Part shown: positions 51,610 through 62,944 of the stretch, piece by piece
Position numbering within the stretch: position 1 is the stretch's first letter
How the letters are laid out: each line of letters begins with the position of its first letter
Assembly: GCA_976551045.1 (NCBI GenBank)
Contig: CDPCPM010000102.1
Location: forward strand, 2,790,001 to 2,854,000
DNA from: Glaucostegus cemiculus
Lineage: Eukaryota
Direction of reading: 5' to 3'
DNA length: 64,000 bases
Notes under the pieces: generated by a model
What the model was told of the DNA's origin: nothing
The model's input: only the letters and a program-made list of their open reading frames with translations
Database searches by the model: none
Position numbers and translations under genes: made by a program

Positions 51610-52480
51610 TCAAGGTTCCCTTAAGATTGCTGTGCTGGTCGATAGGGTTGTTAAGAAGGCATATGGTGTGTTGGGCTTCGTTAGTCAGTGTAGTGAGTTC
51701 AAGAGCCACAAGGTAATGTTGCAGCTCTATAGAACTCTGGTTAGACTACACATGGAATATTGTGTTCAGTTCTGGCTGCCTCATTATAGGAAGGATGTGG
51801 AGGCTTTGGAGAGGGTACAGAAGAGGTTTACCAGGCTGCCTGTATTAGAGAGCATGTGCAATGAGGAGAGGGTGGACAAACTTGGATTGTTTTCTCTTCA
51901 TTATAAAATGATGAGAGTCATAGACAGAGTAGACAGCTAATATTTTTTTACTCAGGGTTGAAATGTCTAATACTAGAGGGGATACATTTAAGGCGATGCG
52001 GGCAAGCTCAAAGGAAATGTGTGGGGCAAGTTTTTTTACACAGAGAATGGTGGGTGCCTGGAATGTACTGCCAGGGGTGGCAGTGGAGGCAGATATGGTA
52101 GAGGAGTTTAAGAGGCTCTTAGATATTGCAATGGTTTATTATTGTCACTTGTACCGAGATACAGTGAAAAACTTGTCTTGCATACCAATTGTACAGGTCA
52201 ATTCATTACACAGTGCAGTTACACTGAGTCAGTACAGAGTGCATTGAGGTAGGACAGGTAAAACCACTAACAGTACAGAGTAAATTGTCACAGTTACAGA
52301 GGAAGTGCAATGCAGGTAGACAATAAGGTGCAAGATCACAGATAGGCACACAATTATGCAGAGAATGGAGGCATATGGACCATGTGCAGACAGAAGGGAT
52401 TAGGTTCCATTAGTTTAATTAGTTCAGTATAACATTGTGGGCCAAAGGGCCTGTCCCTGAGCTGTACTGTTCTATGTTCT
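51610..52480 (+). mobile_element. CR1 3' fragment with tail
   Basis: VDRVVKKAYGVLGF...[27 protein letters not shown]; ends gggccaaagggcctgtcc...tgtactgttctatgttct. Confidence 0.9.
52126..52339 (-). mobile_element. Rex1/Babar 3'-tail fragment nested in CR1
   Basis: ggtttattattgtcac...aaggtgcaag matches 41631-41802; flanked by AGATA at 52121-52125 and 52340-52344. Confidence 0.8.
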
Positions 52481-53419
52481 CGAGTGGCCTGACAAGAGAC
52501 ATTAGCAATACTTTCACAAATATGCATTTACCTCTTCAGCAAGAGGATTTAATAATTCCATGATTCTATGATATTTGTGAATATCAAGACTTGCAAATAA
52601 TGATTCAACAGTGTTTTGGAATGTATTAAAGCAGATATTTAAAATAATGCAAATAAGAGTATCAAATGAAATTCCGTTCTATTATTAAATTCACTGGTGT
52701 TTCTCTTGTGGTGGTGCTAGGAGAGGACATAACAAAAGGCAACCATTACACCAGGAAATACCCAGTGCATTCTTATATTCTTCAAGGCCAGTGAGATGCA
52801 CACTGTTTGCACACAGTCCCATGACTTCAATTAATTTCTCACATATTGCCTTGATATTCAGTGAATACAAAAATTATCATCGTGTCATGTGTCATGGACA
52901 CACTGAGTCATGGAGCTGTGAAATGCATTAACTCTGAACTCTGGGTTTTCCCTGTTTACGTATTGAATTCGTAGTCTTGTACTGAATTACATTCCATCTC
53001 TTTCAGTGTCAGCTGTAGCTTAACTGGTACTGGTCCTCCTTGAATCTGATAGTCCTGGATACTCGGGGTCAGGCACAAAAAGGAATTGAAAAGGAGGAAA
53101 AAGGTGCAAAACAGCTCAGGAAATGGAAATAGCACAAAATTAAAAAACAACAATTCTTACATGGGACCAAATTCAGAAAGAGTACTGTATATGGAAGGGC
53201 TATATTAGACTTAAGATGCACATACATAAATTCAAGAACCACATTGAAAAAGGTTAATGATCTACAGGCACAATTAACTATTTGGGATTACAAAGTTATT
53301 CTAAAATAGGACAGGAATAGGTTTTAAATTTTCCTGGATACAAGGAGTTCAGGAAAGATAGGAAGGGAGGATATGCTGAAGAAATTATCCTGGAACAATC
53401 AAGGACAGAATTCTATGTT

Positions 53420-54790
53420 CTTAATATTCATTTTCAGGATCTGGGTGTCGTTGGCAAGGACTACATTTATTGCTCAACCCTAACTGTCCTTGAGAAAATG
53501 GTGAAGAGTCACTTTCCTGAATTCTTGCAGTCCTTTGGGAAGGTAATCTCACATTGTTGTTTGCTAAGGAGTTCCAGAGTTTAGGTCCAGTGAGGATAAA
53601 GGAACAGTGATACATTTCCAGGTTAAGTTGGGGTTAAACATGGTGGGAATCTTCAGGTACAGTATGCCCTCACAACTGATTGCCTTGTCCTTCTTGGTGG
53701 TGGAGGTGGTGAGTTCAGGAGGTGGTGTCAGAGTAGTCTGGGCAAGTAACTGCAGTGCATTTTGTAGATAGACCACACTACAGATACTGTGGACCCATGG
53801 TGGAGGAACTGAATGTTTAGGGTGGTTGATGGGGTGCCACGATGGCAGGTTGCTTTGTCTTGGATTTTGTCAAGCCTCTGGGAGTTGCTGAAGTTGCACT
53901 CATCCAGGCAAGTGGCGAATGTTCAATCATGCTCCTCACTTGTACTTTGTAGGTGGTGGAAAGGCCTTGTCATGTCAGGAGGTGAGTCACTTGCTGCAGG
54001 ATACCCAGACACTTAGCTGCTCCTGAAGCCACAGTATTTATGTGGCTGGTTCAGTTGAGTTTTTGACCAGTGGGTGAGCCCCCAGGATATTGATGATGGG
54101 GACTTGACAAAATCATTGATGTCCATGGTAGGTGGCAGGATTCTCTCTTATTGGAGATGGTCATCGCATTGTACTTTTGTGGTACGACTGTTACTTGCCA
54201 CTTATAATACCATGCCTAAATATAGTTGAGATCTTGCTTTATGGGTCCATGGGCTGCTGAAGAGTTGTGAATGGAATTAACTATTGGACATTGCCCTGAG
54301 GAAGTCCTGCGATGATGTCCTGAGGCAGGGATGATTGACCAACAGTAACCACAACCATCTCCCTGTTTTTGAGGTATGATTCCAGCCATTAACTGTTTCC
54401 CACTTGATATCCATTGACTTCAGTTTAGCCAGGGATACTTGATTTATTGGGCATTTATTCACATCTCACTTCAAAAGTTCGGTTCTTTGGTCTATTTTTG
54501 GACCAAGGCTGTGAAGAGGGTCTGGAACTGAGTGGTACAGGTAAAGCCCAAACTAAGCATAGGTAAGTAGGCTATTGATGAGTAAATACCACTTGATAGC
54601 ACTGTTGATGATGGCTTCCATTACTTCTAATGGTTGGGAATAGAATTATGGGATAGTATTCAACTGGGTTGGATTGATCCTGCCTTTTGTGACTAGGATG
54701 TACTTGGACCATTTCCGCATGGTTGGGTAGATGCCGATATTGTTAATGTATTGGAACAGGTTGGTGAGGGATGAAGCTGGTTCTGGAGTG
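53420..54790 (-). mobile_element. Family-B LINE (RT plus 3' end) splitting a CR1 endonuclease fragment
   Basis: Reverse complement matches 32600-33880; flanks 53200-53418 and 54795-54870 read as consecutive CR1 endonuclease sequence. Confidence 0.75.
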
Positions 54791-55187
54791 TAGGTCTGTT
54801 TAGAAGTAAGACACTATAGTAGCGAGATCCAAATACTGGAGATGGTCTATGGGCCACTAACTATTAGATATTAAGAACCAGGACAGTTTTGAATATAGTG
54901 ATTCTGTGCAGTTGCAGAGAGAGGTCAAGAGCATGCATGTGTCAACACACGGCATTTATTGTTAATATCAGGTCACTTTGAGAGCAGTGATTTGAGAAGC
55001 ACTGGATAACTTGAACATATCCATGATCATAGCTGAATTCTGTGAATTCCAGTTTGAATCCACATCGTCTAACTAGAACCAGAAACACTTGCAGAGGAAA
55101 GAGATGTGGCTATGGAAGTAAATTCAGTTTGTGTGAAGCCATTTAACAAAATAACAAGGGGCAAAAGGCATTGGTAAGAATAGCATA

Positions 55188-55357
55188 CAGTGGCATACAA
55201 AAGTTTGGGCACCCCTGATCAAAATTTCTGTTACTGTGAATAGCTAAGCGAGTAAAAGATGACCTGATTTCCAAAAGGTATGAAGTTAAAGATGAAGCAT
55301 TTCTTTAATATTTTAAGCAAGATTACTTTTTTTATTTCCATCTTTTGCATGCCACTG
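55188..55357. mobile_element. Internally deleted Tc1/mariner element (170 bp)
   Basis: TA at 55186-55187 and 55358-55359; TIRs cagtggcatacaaaag / cttttgcatgccactg match at 15 of 16 positions. Confidence 0.88.
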
Positions 55358-55490
55358 TATAAGCCCCCAAACAGCCCTGGCAATGCAGGGCACAGTGTAA
55401 GTTCGGAAATTAGAAGTGTAAGTAACAATGGTAATACAATAATTCTGAGGGACTTTAACCTCCATGCAGGCCGGGCAAATTAGTTCGCAG

Positions 55491-55789
55491 TAATAAGATA
55501 AGATATCTTTATTAGTCACATGTACACCAAAACACACAGTGAAATGCATCTTTTAAGTAGAGTATTCTGGGGACAGCCCGCAAGTGTTGCCACCCTTCCG
55601 ATGCCAACGTAGCATGCCCACAACTTCCTAACCAGTATGTCTTTGGAATGTGGGAGGAAACTGGAGTACCTGGAAGAAACCCACGCAGACACGGGGAGAA
55701 CATACAAACTCCTTACAGACAGTGGCCAGTATTGAACCCGTGTCGCTGGCGCTGTAATAGCGTTATGCTAACTGCTACACTACTGTGCC
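55491..55789 (-). mobile_element. V-SINE with Rex1/Babar-like tail, inserted in a CR1 fragment
   Basis: Homologous along its length to 38467-38754 and 62945-63247. Confidence 0.85.
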
Positions 55790-56454
55790 ATGGAGAACAA
55801 ATTTATTGAGAGTATGATAGATGGTTTTCCAGGTTGAGGAGACAATGAAGAACAGACTAGTTGAGATCTATTGTGTGTTGATGATCTACTTAATGAGCAA
55901 CCTTAAGGAGAAAACATTAAGAGTGATTTAGTTCCATCTGAAACCAGGGCCTTAAGTCAGAATAAAGCAAACTGCAAAGGTATGAGGTGCAAGTTGGCTA
56001 TGGTAGATCGGGAAACTAACCAAAACATATGATAATAATGGAGGGAGTAAACTGTTTTGATGGGTATTTTCATGGGGACATAAGATGATATTTTTGGTCT
56101 CTCACAATTTAGAGGAAATTTCTACCAAACAATTTGTTTATGTACGGCATAATCTGAGATTAATAATATGTAACCCCAACAACATCTCCCCATGAGTAAC
56201 CACAAAAATGCATTCCAATATGAATTTTCGGAACAGTTCTTGGGAACAGTTTGATGTTATGTAGTCTATAGTGTCTGATTCAAACAGGTTGGTATAGTCT
56301 GTATGCTGAATGTTTGAGACTTTGGACTTGATTTATTGTATTATCTTAGGTAATTGCTTAAACTGTGTTTAACCTCCTATTGGTAGAAAGCACCTAATTA
56401 TTGCAGTTGCTGTTTTCCATTCTTGGGTATCTTGTCAGTGGTCACAGACCAGTC

Positions 56455-57075
56455 ATCGAATTGTATAGCACAGAAACAGATACCTTGGCCTACCACGTTC
56501 ATGCTGAATTTAAGCCATCTACATTAATCCCATTTGCCTATATAAGATCCATACCCTTCTATGCTTTGCCTATTTAAGTGCCTATTTATCTTAAATGTAA
56601 TGATTGTATCTAACTCCATCACCTCCTCTGGCAGTGAGCTCTAGCTATCAACCACTCTCTGTGTAAATAAAAAAGCACTTCCCCTCAAATCCCCTTTAAA
56701 ATTCTTTCCTTTCTCTGCTTTTTGATAACTGTGACATGGGTGGAGAAAAGTTCTGACTGTCTATTCTATCTACGCCTCATAATTTTCTAAGGTCACCCCT
56801 CAGCCCCCTTCGTTACAGGGAAAACAAACCCAGCCCATCCAATTTCTGCCCTTTAATGAAGTTCTCCAATCCGGGCAATACCCTTGTGAAACTTCACACA
56901 CCTGGCTCTAGCACGACCACATCTTTACCAGAGTGTGGCGACCAGAACTGCACACAATGCTTCAAGTGTTGTCTAACCAGTTTTTGTAAAGTTGCAACAG
57001 AACATCCAAGCATACCATATGCCTTCTTCACCAGCCTATCAAATTGTATTGCCACTTTCAGGAGCATAAGCAGAA
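56455..57075 (-). mobile_element. CR1 3' fragment
   Basis: LKVAIQFDRLVKKAYGML...[14 protein letters not shown] on the minus strand; CR1 tail at the left end. Confidence 0.85.
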
Positions 57076-57574
57076 CACTATTTTCCATGGGATAAGAATG
57101 ATGAAAGGAAACTGCTAACCAAAAATGTTGCTAAGCAATTCCTCCTAATACAAATGAAAAAAATTATTTCATTCTTAGAAAACTGACACTGACTTTTGCC
57201 GAGTCCTATTCTTAGTAACATAAGGAACAAATGGTGAAATTTCAACACAGCTAAAGCACGAGGCATGGCTTTCATGAGCAAGACAACTGAAAGATTTGCT
57301 TGATCTTACTGAACGACAGAGAAAATGCTAGGGTGAATTTTATGGTGATGCATTACATACAGTGAAAAAGTTTCTTGATTCATTTCAGAAGTGTTTATTG
57401 TTTCACATTTTCTGCGGTCTTTCTTTCAGCATAACTAATGAATATCTTTTTTGCTCAAGTATCTGGATTTTGAATCGGGAGAATGCAATGAACTGAACGT
57501 GCCTGTTGGTCTAACACAGATCAAATATTTAAAGCAAGCTCCATACATACAGTATATGCGTACATATGCAGATA

Positions 57575-58160
57575 AGTACATGTGAATGAGGAGCAGGAGT
57601 AGGTCACGGCTCCTTAAGTCTGCACCACCATTTAATAAGATCATTGATGTCAATGCAATCTCGGTTCCACATTCCTATCTAACTATGGTAATCTTGCTTA
57701 TCAGAGCTCTGTCTTATGCTGGTTTTAAAAGCTTCAAAGACTCCGCATCCTTTGAAGAAGAGAGTTCCAAGACTCATGATCTTCTGAAAGGAAAAAAGTC
57801 ACTGTATCTCTGTCTTAATTTGATGACCCCTTTTTTAAAAATAGTGACCTCTTAGTTCTAGATGCTCACACAAGAGAAAATATCCATTCCATGTCCACCC
57901 TGTCGTGAACTCTCAGGAAATAAAATATTTCAATCAAGTTCCTTCTCATCCTTCTGAACCCCAGCGGATGCAACCCTAGCTTGTCCAACCTATCCTCAAA
58001 GGATAGCCTGTCATTCCAGGTATTAGTATAGTAAACCTTCTCAGAACTGCTTCCAACTCCTTAGCACCTGTTCTTTAATAATGAGGCCAATACAGTATAT
58101 GGTATTCCCAATGTTGTCTCACTAATCCCAGATTTAACTGGAACAAATACTTCCCTTCAT
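57575..58160 (-). mobile_element. Older CR1 3' fragment
   Basis: aggagcaggagtaggtcac...caccatttaataagatcat tail and tcaatcaagttccttctcatccttctgaac (reverse of the RMRGDLIE region). Confidence 0.65.
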
Positions 58161-58164
58161 TGGT

Positions 58165-58748
58165 CGTGTTGTTGAGTATAAAAGACAGGAAGTTATGTTG
58201 CAGCTGTGTAAAGCTTTTTTAGAGTACTATGTTCAGTTCTGGTCACTGAATTACAAGAAGGATGTGGAGGCTTTGCAACAGGTGCAGAAATGGTTCACCA
58301 GAATGTTGCCTAGATTAGAGAGGAGAGGTGTGACAAACTTCGATTGTTTTCTCTGGAGTGTCAGAGGCTAAGGAGTGACCTGATAGAAGTATATAAAGTA
58401 ATGAGAGGCATGGATAGGCTAGACAGCCGGAATCTTTTTCCCAGAGTGGAAATGTCAAATACTAGAGGGCATAGGTTTAAGGTGACAGGGGGAAAGTTTA
58501 AAGGAGATTTACAAGGCAAGGTCTTTTACATAAACAGTAGCAGTTGCCTGGCACACACTGCAAGGGGAAGTGGTGGAAGCACATATCACAGCAATGTTTA
58601 AGAGGTATTTACATATGAACAGGCAGAGAATGGAGTGATATGGACCATGTGTAGGGAAATGGGATTACTTTAGGTTGGCATAATGATTGGCACAGAATCA
58701 TAGACTGAAGGGCATATTCCTGTGCTGTTCTGTTCTATGTTCTATGAT
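58165..58748 (+). mobile_element. CR1 3' fragment with tail
   Basis: LFSLECQRLRSDLIEVYKVMRG...TRGHRFKV; ends gttctgttctatgttctatg. Confidence 0.88.
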
Positions 58749-58954
58749 ATTCCACAAATAGATACAAGTCAGGAACTGGAAGGGAAGGAATGACTCGAAA
58801 GCTGCAATCACCAGAGCAGTGGTACTAAATAAATTTTAGGAGCTACGAGCTGACAGTTCGACCGTTCTCCTGATCCAGATGGCCTTCATCCTAGGATCTT
58901 AAAAAAATGGCTGGTGAGATACTTACTGAGTCTGTTTTAATTTTCCAAAGTTCT

Positions 58955-59252
58955 CTAGAACCTGATGGTTGTGGGAAAGTAGCTGTTCTTGAACCTGATG
59001 ATGTGGGACTTCAGGCTTCTGTACTTCCTATAGACAGTAGCAGTGAGAAGAGGGCATGACCTAAATGGTGAGGATCCTTGATGATAGATTCCAACCTTCT
59101 TTAGGCAGTGCCTCCTGTAGATGCGGTGAATGGTGGGGTGGGCTGTGCCCATGATGGATTGGACTGTGTCCACTACTCTCTGCAGCCCTGTGCACTCCTG
59201 CACATTGGAATTACCATACCAGGCCATGATGCAATTGGTCAGGATACTGTCA
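58955..59252 (-). mobile_element. Rex1/Babar ORF fragment
   Basis: SILTNCIMAWYGN...LQRVVDTVQSIMG...RFKNSYFPTTIR, homologous to 41856-42134. Confidence 0.8.
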
Positions 59253-59790
59253 GCAGGTCTCCCCCAGCCTCCAACGCTCCAGAGAAAACAATCCAAGACT
59301 GTCCAAACTCTCCTTATAGCTGATACTCTCTAATCCAGGCTGATCCTAGTCGACCTCTTCTGCACCCTCTCCAAAGCATTCACATCCTTCCTGCAATGGG
59401 GTGACCAGAACTGCACACAATACTCCAATTGTGGCTTAACTAAAGCTTTCTACAGTTTCAACATGACTTCCTGACTCTTGTGCTCAATGCCCTCTTTACA
59501 CTGATCTACTTTTGTTGCCATTTTCAAGGAGCTATGGACCTGCTCCTCAAGATCCCTCTATACAATAATGTTCCTAAGGGTCCTGCTATTTACTATATAC
59601 TTACCACATGCGTTTGACCTTCCAAGGTGAAGCAACGCACTCTTGTCCGCATTAAACTCCATGTGTCATTTCTCTGCCCATGTTTCCAACTGGTCTATGT
59701 CCTGCTAAATCCTTTGACTACCTTCCTCACTATCCACAACTCCGCAAATTTTTGTGTCATCTGCAGTCTTACTAATCAGCCCACCTATAT
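59253..59790 (-). mobile_element. CR1 RT/3' ORF2 fragment
   Basis: Reverse strand: xADDTKxxG at about 59745-59765 and EYCVQFWSP at about 59400-59425. Confidence 0.8.
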
Positions 59791-61693
59791 TTTCATACGT
59801 ATCACAAACCACATACTGTATATCTCCATACAGTTAGCTATATTCTGTCGTTAAAACTGATACAAAATACCTGTTAAATTCATCTGCCACCTCCTGGTTT
59901 TCCATTAATAATTCACCAGATTCACATTCTATATGACAACATTCACTTTGTTACCTCTTTTCTTTGTAATATATGTACATAGACTCCTATCTATAACCGT
60001 ACTCTCCAGTAGGATATTTCCTACTTTATTTCATGAAACACATTAGGGTAGTTGTGTTAAAAAGCCAAACATCTGGGTTCCAGAGAAGACCTCTTTGAGT
60101 GAGGGAAGGGGTAATTTTACTCTGTTTTACTTAAATACAAGCATAAGTATTTCACATAAATTCTAAATGGAGTATAGACATTCTCCAAATAACTTCAAAT
60201 CAGAAACTGAAAGGATGTTGCCTTATAGAACAAACAAAACATTTAATTATGGTGTGTTTTGTAAAACAAATTAAGATTAAAATGAAAGTTAAAACTGAAA
60301 TGGCAAATTGGACCATGAGTAGAAACTGTGCTTCAGAGCCACATGATCAGAGATGAAACCTAAACCTTTGTGTCAGTCGCTGTTGCAACAGCTTCATGTA
60401 TGTGCCACGGTAATTACCTGCCACACTTCACTGAAGCTGCTTTAAATATGTGGTGTATACTTCAAGTGCCTGATACTCATGTGACAGCATGAGTAAACTC
60501 TCATCCTGTTGTGCACTGGTTATACTGTGGTTTGCCCTGGTCTCATCAATCCGCAACTTAAATCAAAAGAATGTGAATAATTTTATCACAAAGCTAGAGC
60601 TCATACCATCACATAAACTTGAACATGCTCAGTGATTTCTGATGCAATCATATGAACCCTGCGTTAATTATAAACATCTGAGGTAGCTAAATTCAAACAC
60701 TGCCCCCCCCCACCATATGAATCAGATTAAAACAAGTTTGTCAACCAACAACTGATGGGAGAATGATAAGGGAATCAGAAAATCACTTCAGCTGGAAGAT
60801 GCTATAGAGATAAGATGGGATGAATGCAGCGTTGAGTTTAAATGTGAGGATGAAAATTTTAAATCCGAGATATCAAGGATCTTTAACAATGCAAGGTAAT
60901 CTATACAATGACAGGTGAAGTAAATTTTACAAAGTTTTGTGATGCGAAATGCATGAGTAATTATTTCTGTGGCAGACACTGTGTGGTAGGAGCAGCTTGG
61001 GAATGTGGGGGAGATAGAAGCAAGTAGTCCTGATGGAGGGAATGTGGTTTAGGAAGCTCACCTAAGTATCAGATAGGATGCTGAGGTTGTGAAGAGTCTA
61101 ACTAGGCCTCTGAGAATGGTTACAGGAGGACTGTAGTCCATGGTGATGGAGTGGATTTTGCACTGGGAAAAGAACATTGTTTTCCCCATTGTTTAGCTGG
61201 AAGAAGCTACTCCTCCTCTGAGATTGTGTATCAAACAAAAATGAATGGGTTTCCTGAAAACAACCTACAATCAAAACACAAAACCTTTAGTTGATAAAGC
61301 CCCATTATCATCATAACATGAACACTTGCAATTACTTATCACCATTCATGGAGTAAACCACACCAAGGATCCTCACAGGAGAGCTTAGGGCTCACATTGG
61401 GTAATTAACCGGACAAGGAAAGGGTCTTGTGGCACTACAAGTCCCAGCCACCTTTAAAGCAGACATCAGTGGCTCTTCCATCATCACCCAGTATTTACAA
61501 CCAACTCTTCTCCTTCAAGTGCTGGGTGCAGCAGAACAAGTGGTGGAAAGCAGGAACAGCGGTGTTTTGCTGCTTTCTGCTTCCCCTGTTCTTATTTCAT
61601 TGAATCTGCCACTGAAATGCCCATTCATGCACTTGTAAAATCTTAAACTTCATTAAATTTTCCTCACCATCAAACTCTGGTCTAAAAAGCAAG

Positions 61694-61865
61694 CTGCTGG
61701 AGGAACTCGGTGGGTCAGGCAGCATCTGTGGAAAAAAACGCACCATTGATGTCTCAGGTCAAGAACCTGCATTTGAACTGGTCCAGATGAAGTGTCTCAA
61801 CCCAAAACATCCTCTGTCCATTTCCCTCCACTGATGTTGCCTGACCCACCGTCTTCCTCCAGCAG
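61694..61865. mobile_element. Short palindromic Penelope-derived element (about 170-bp fold-back)
   Basis: ctgctggaggaactcggtgggtcaggcagcatctgtgga ... tccactgatgttgcctgacccaccgtcttcctccagcag are near reverse complements, centre about 61779. Confidence 0.8.
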
Positions 61866-62089
61866 TTTTATTTTTGCTCCAGATTCTAGCATCTGTGTCT
61901 TCTGTGTATACTCTGAACTAACTTGCAGAGACTAAGGTCTGCAATGTTTCCAGTTTTCAGGGGGTTGGTTAGGAATGGGTGGAATAGTGGATGATGCTGA
62001 CAAGTTGGTGAGCTGAGAGGTAGTAGAGGGATCATGGGACAGTGGTGTTTGTAGGGTAGCTGAAAGAAAGGCTCAAAACTGAGTGCTGC

Positions 62090-62297
62090 AGCCTATCATC
62101 CCCCTCACCTAGATCCACCTATCACCTGCCAGCTCTTACTCCATCCCTTCCCTCCACACTTTTATACTGGCTTTCACCCCTCTTTCTTCCAGCCCAGATG
62201 AAGGGTCTCAACCCAAAACATCGGCTGTTCATTTCCTTCCAATAGATGCTGCCTGATCTGCTGAGTTCCTCCAGCATCTTGTGTGTTGTTGCAGTTT
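62090..62297 (+). mobile_element. Penelope-type terminal repeat copy with hammerhead-like motif
   Basis: ...cagcccagatgaagggtctcaacccaaaacatcggctg...gatgctgcctgatctgctgagttcctccagca; same family as the 29376 and 61694 elements. Confidence 0.75.
62190..62227 (+). ncRNA. Degenerate minimal hammerhead ribozyme relic (probably inactive)
   Basis: cagcc-CAGATGA-a-gggt(ctca)accc-AAAAC-ATC-ggctg: stem I and stem II pair; the core differs from CUGAUGA / GAAAC at one position each. Confidence 0.55.
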
Positions 62298-62504
62298 ATA
62301 CTCCGAGAATTGAGTCCAAGCCTAGCTCACCAAGTAAACTGTGGATCTGTGCTCATTTTTTTTATTTTACTGTTTGATTTTCAAAGATTGGGCTATGACA
62401 TGGAGGGCTTTACACTCTATAAATCAAGGTAGGTTATAAATGATATCATTTATTATGATAGTTTGATACCAGATCTGGTTTCAAATCCAGGCCAACAACA
62501 ACTT

Positions 62505-62935
62505 GTTTTTAAGTAGCACCTTTAACATATCTCCATGTCTTTCACAGGTGTGCAGGCAATCAAAAATAAAATCACACTAAGCCAAAGTAAGGGAATTTAT
62601 CACGTTAATGTTAGGTGTAAAGAAGAGCCTTAAAGGGGGAGAAGATAGTGTAGGATCGAGAGTGAAAGGTAAAGCCTCCAGAACTTAGAGGTTGGTTGAT
62701 GGAGACATGGTAACTAAAGCTGGGGAAGGGAAATATGGGTTACTATAGAGATAGAGCTAGAGAGATGTACAGTTATTTGTGGGTTGTAGGAGAAGGGAGG
62801 GGAAAGCCATGGAGGGACTCAGCATTAGGTTGAAAATAGCAAAATCAAGCTATTACTGGACTAAGAGCCAATAGTATCCAGCAGCAGAGAGGTGATGGCA
62901 AAACGTTACTCAGTTCCAGTAAGAATTTGGGTTGT
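62505..62935 (-). mobile_element. L2-like 3' remnant
   Basis: tagcacctttaac...tttcacagg tail-like segment and purine-rich body; similar decayed sequence at 39445-39800. Confidence 0.4.
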
Positions 62936-62944
62936 AGAGTTAAA

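Larger units (their letters stand above)
55100..56030 (+). mobile_element. Old CR1 endonuclease-region fragment hosting a Tc1 derivative and a SINE
   Basis: aataacaaggggcaaaaggcattggta...TA|Tc1|TAagcccccaaac (NNKGQK.LV...YxPPN) and agggactttaacctcc (xDFNL). Confidence 0.6.

Noticed and set aside
60379-60392. 14-bp perfect palindrome gctgttgcaacagc
   Set aside because: A few such palindromes are expected by chance in 64 kb (about 64000/4^7).
60418-60556. Minus-strand segment bounded by AG and GT
   Set aside because: The best frame stops before the donor and its phase does not match the 63331-63464 candidate.
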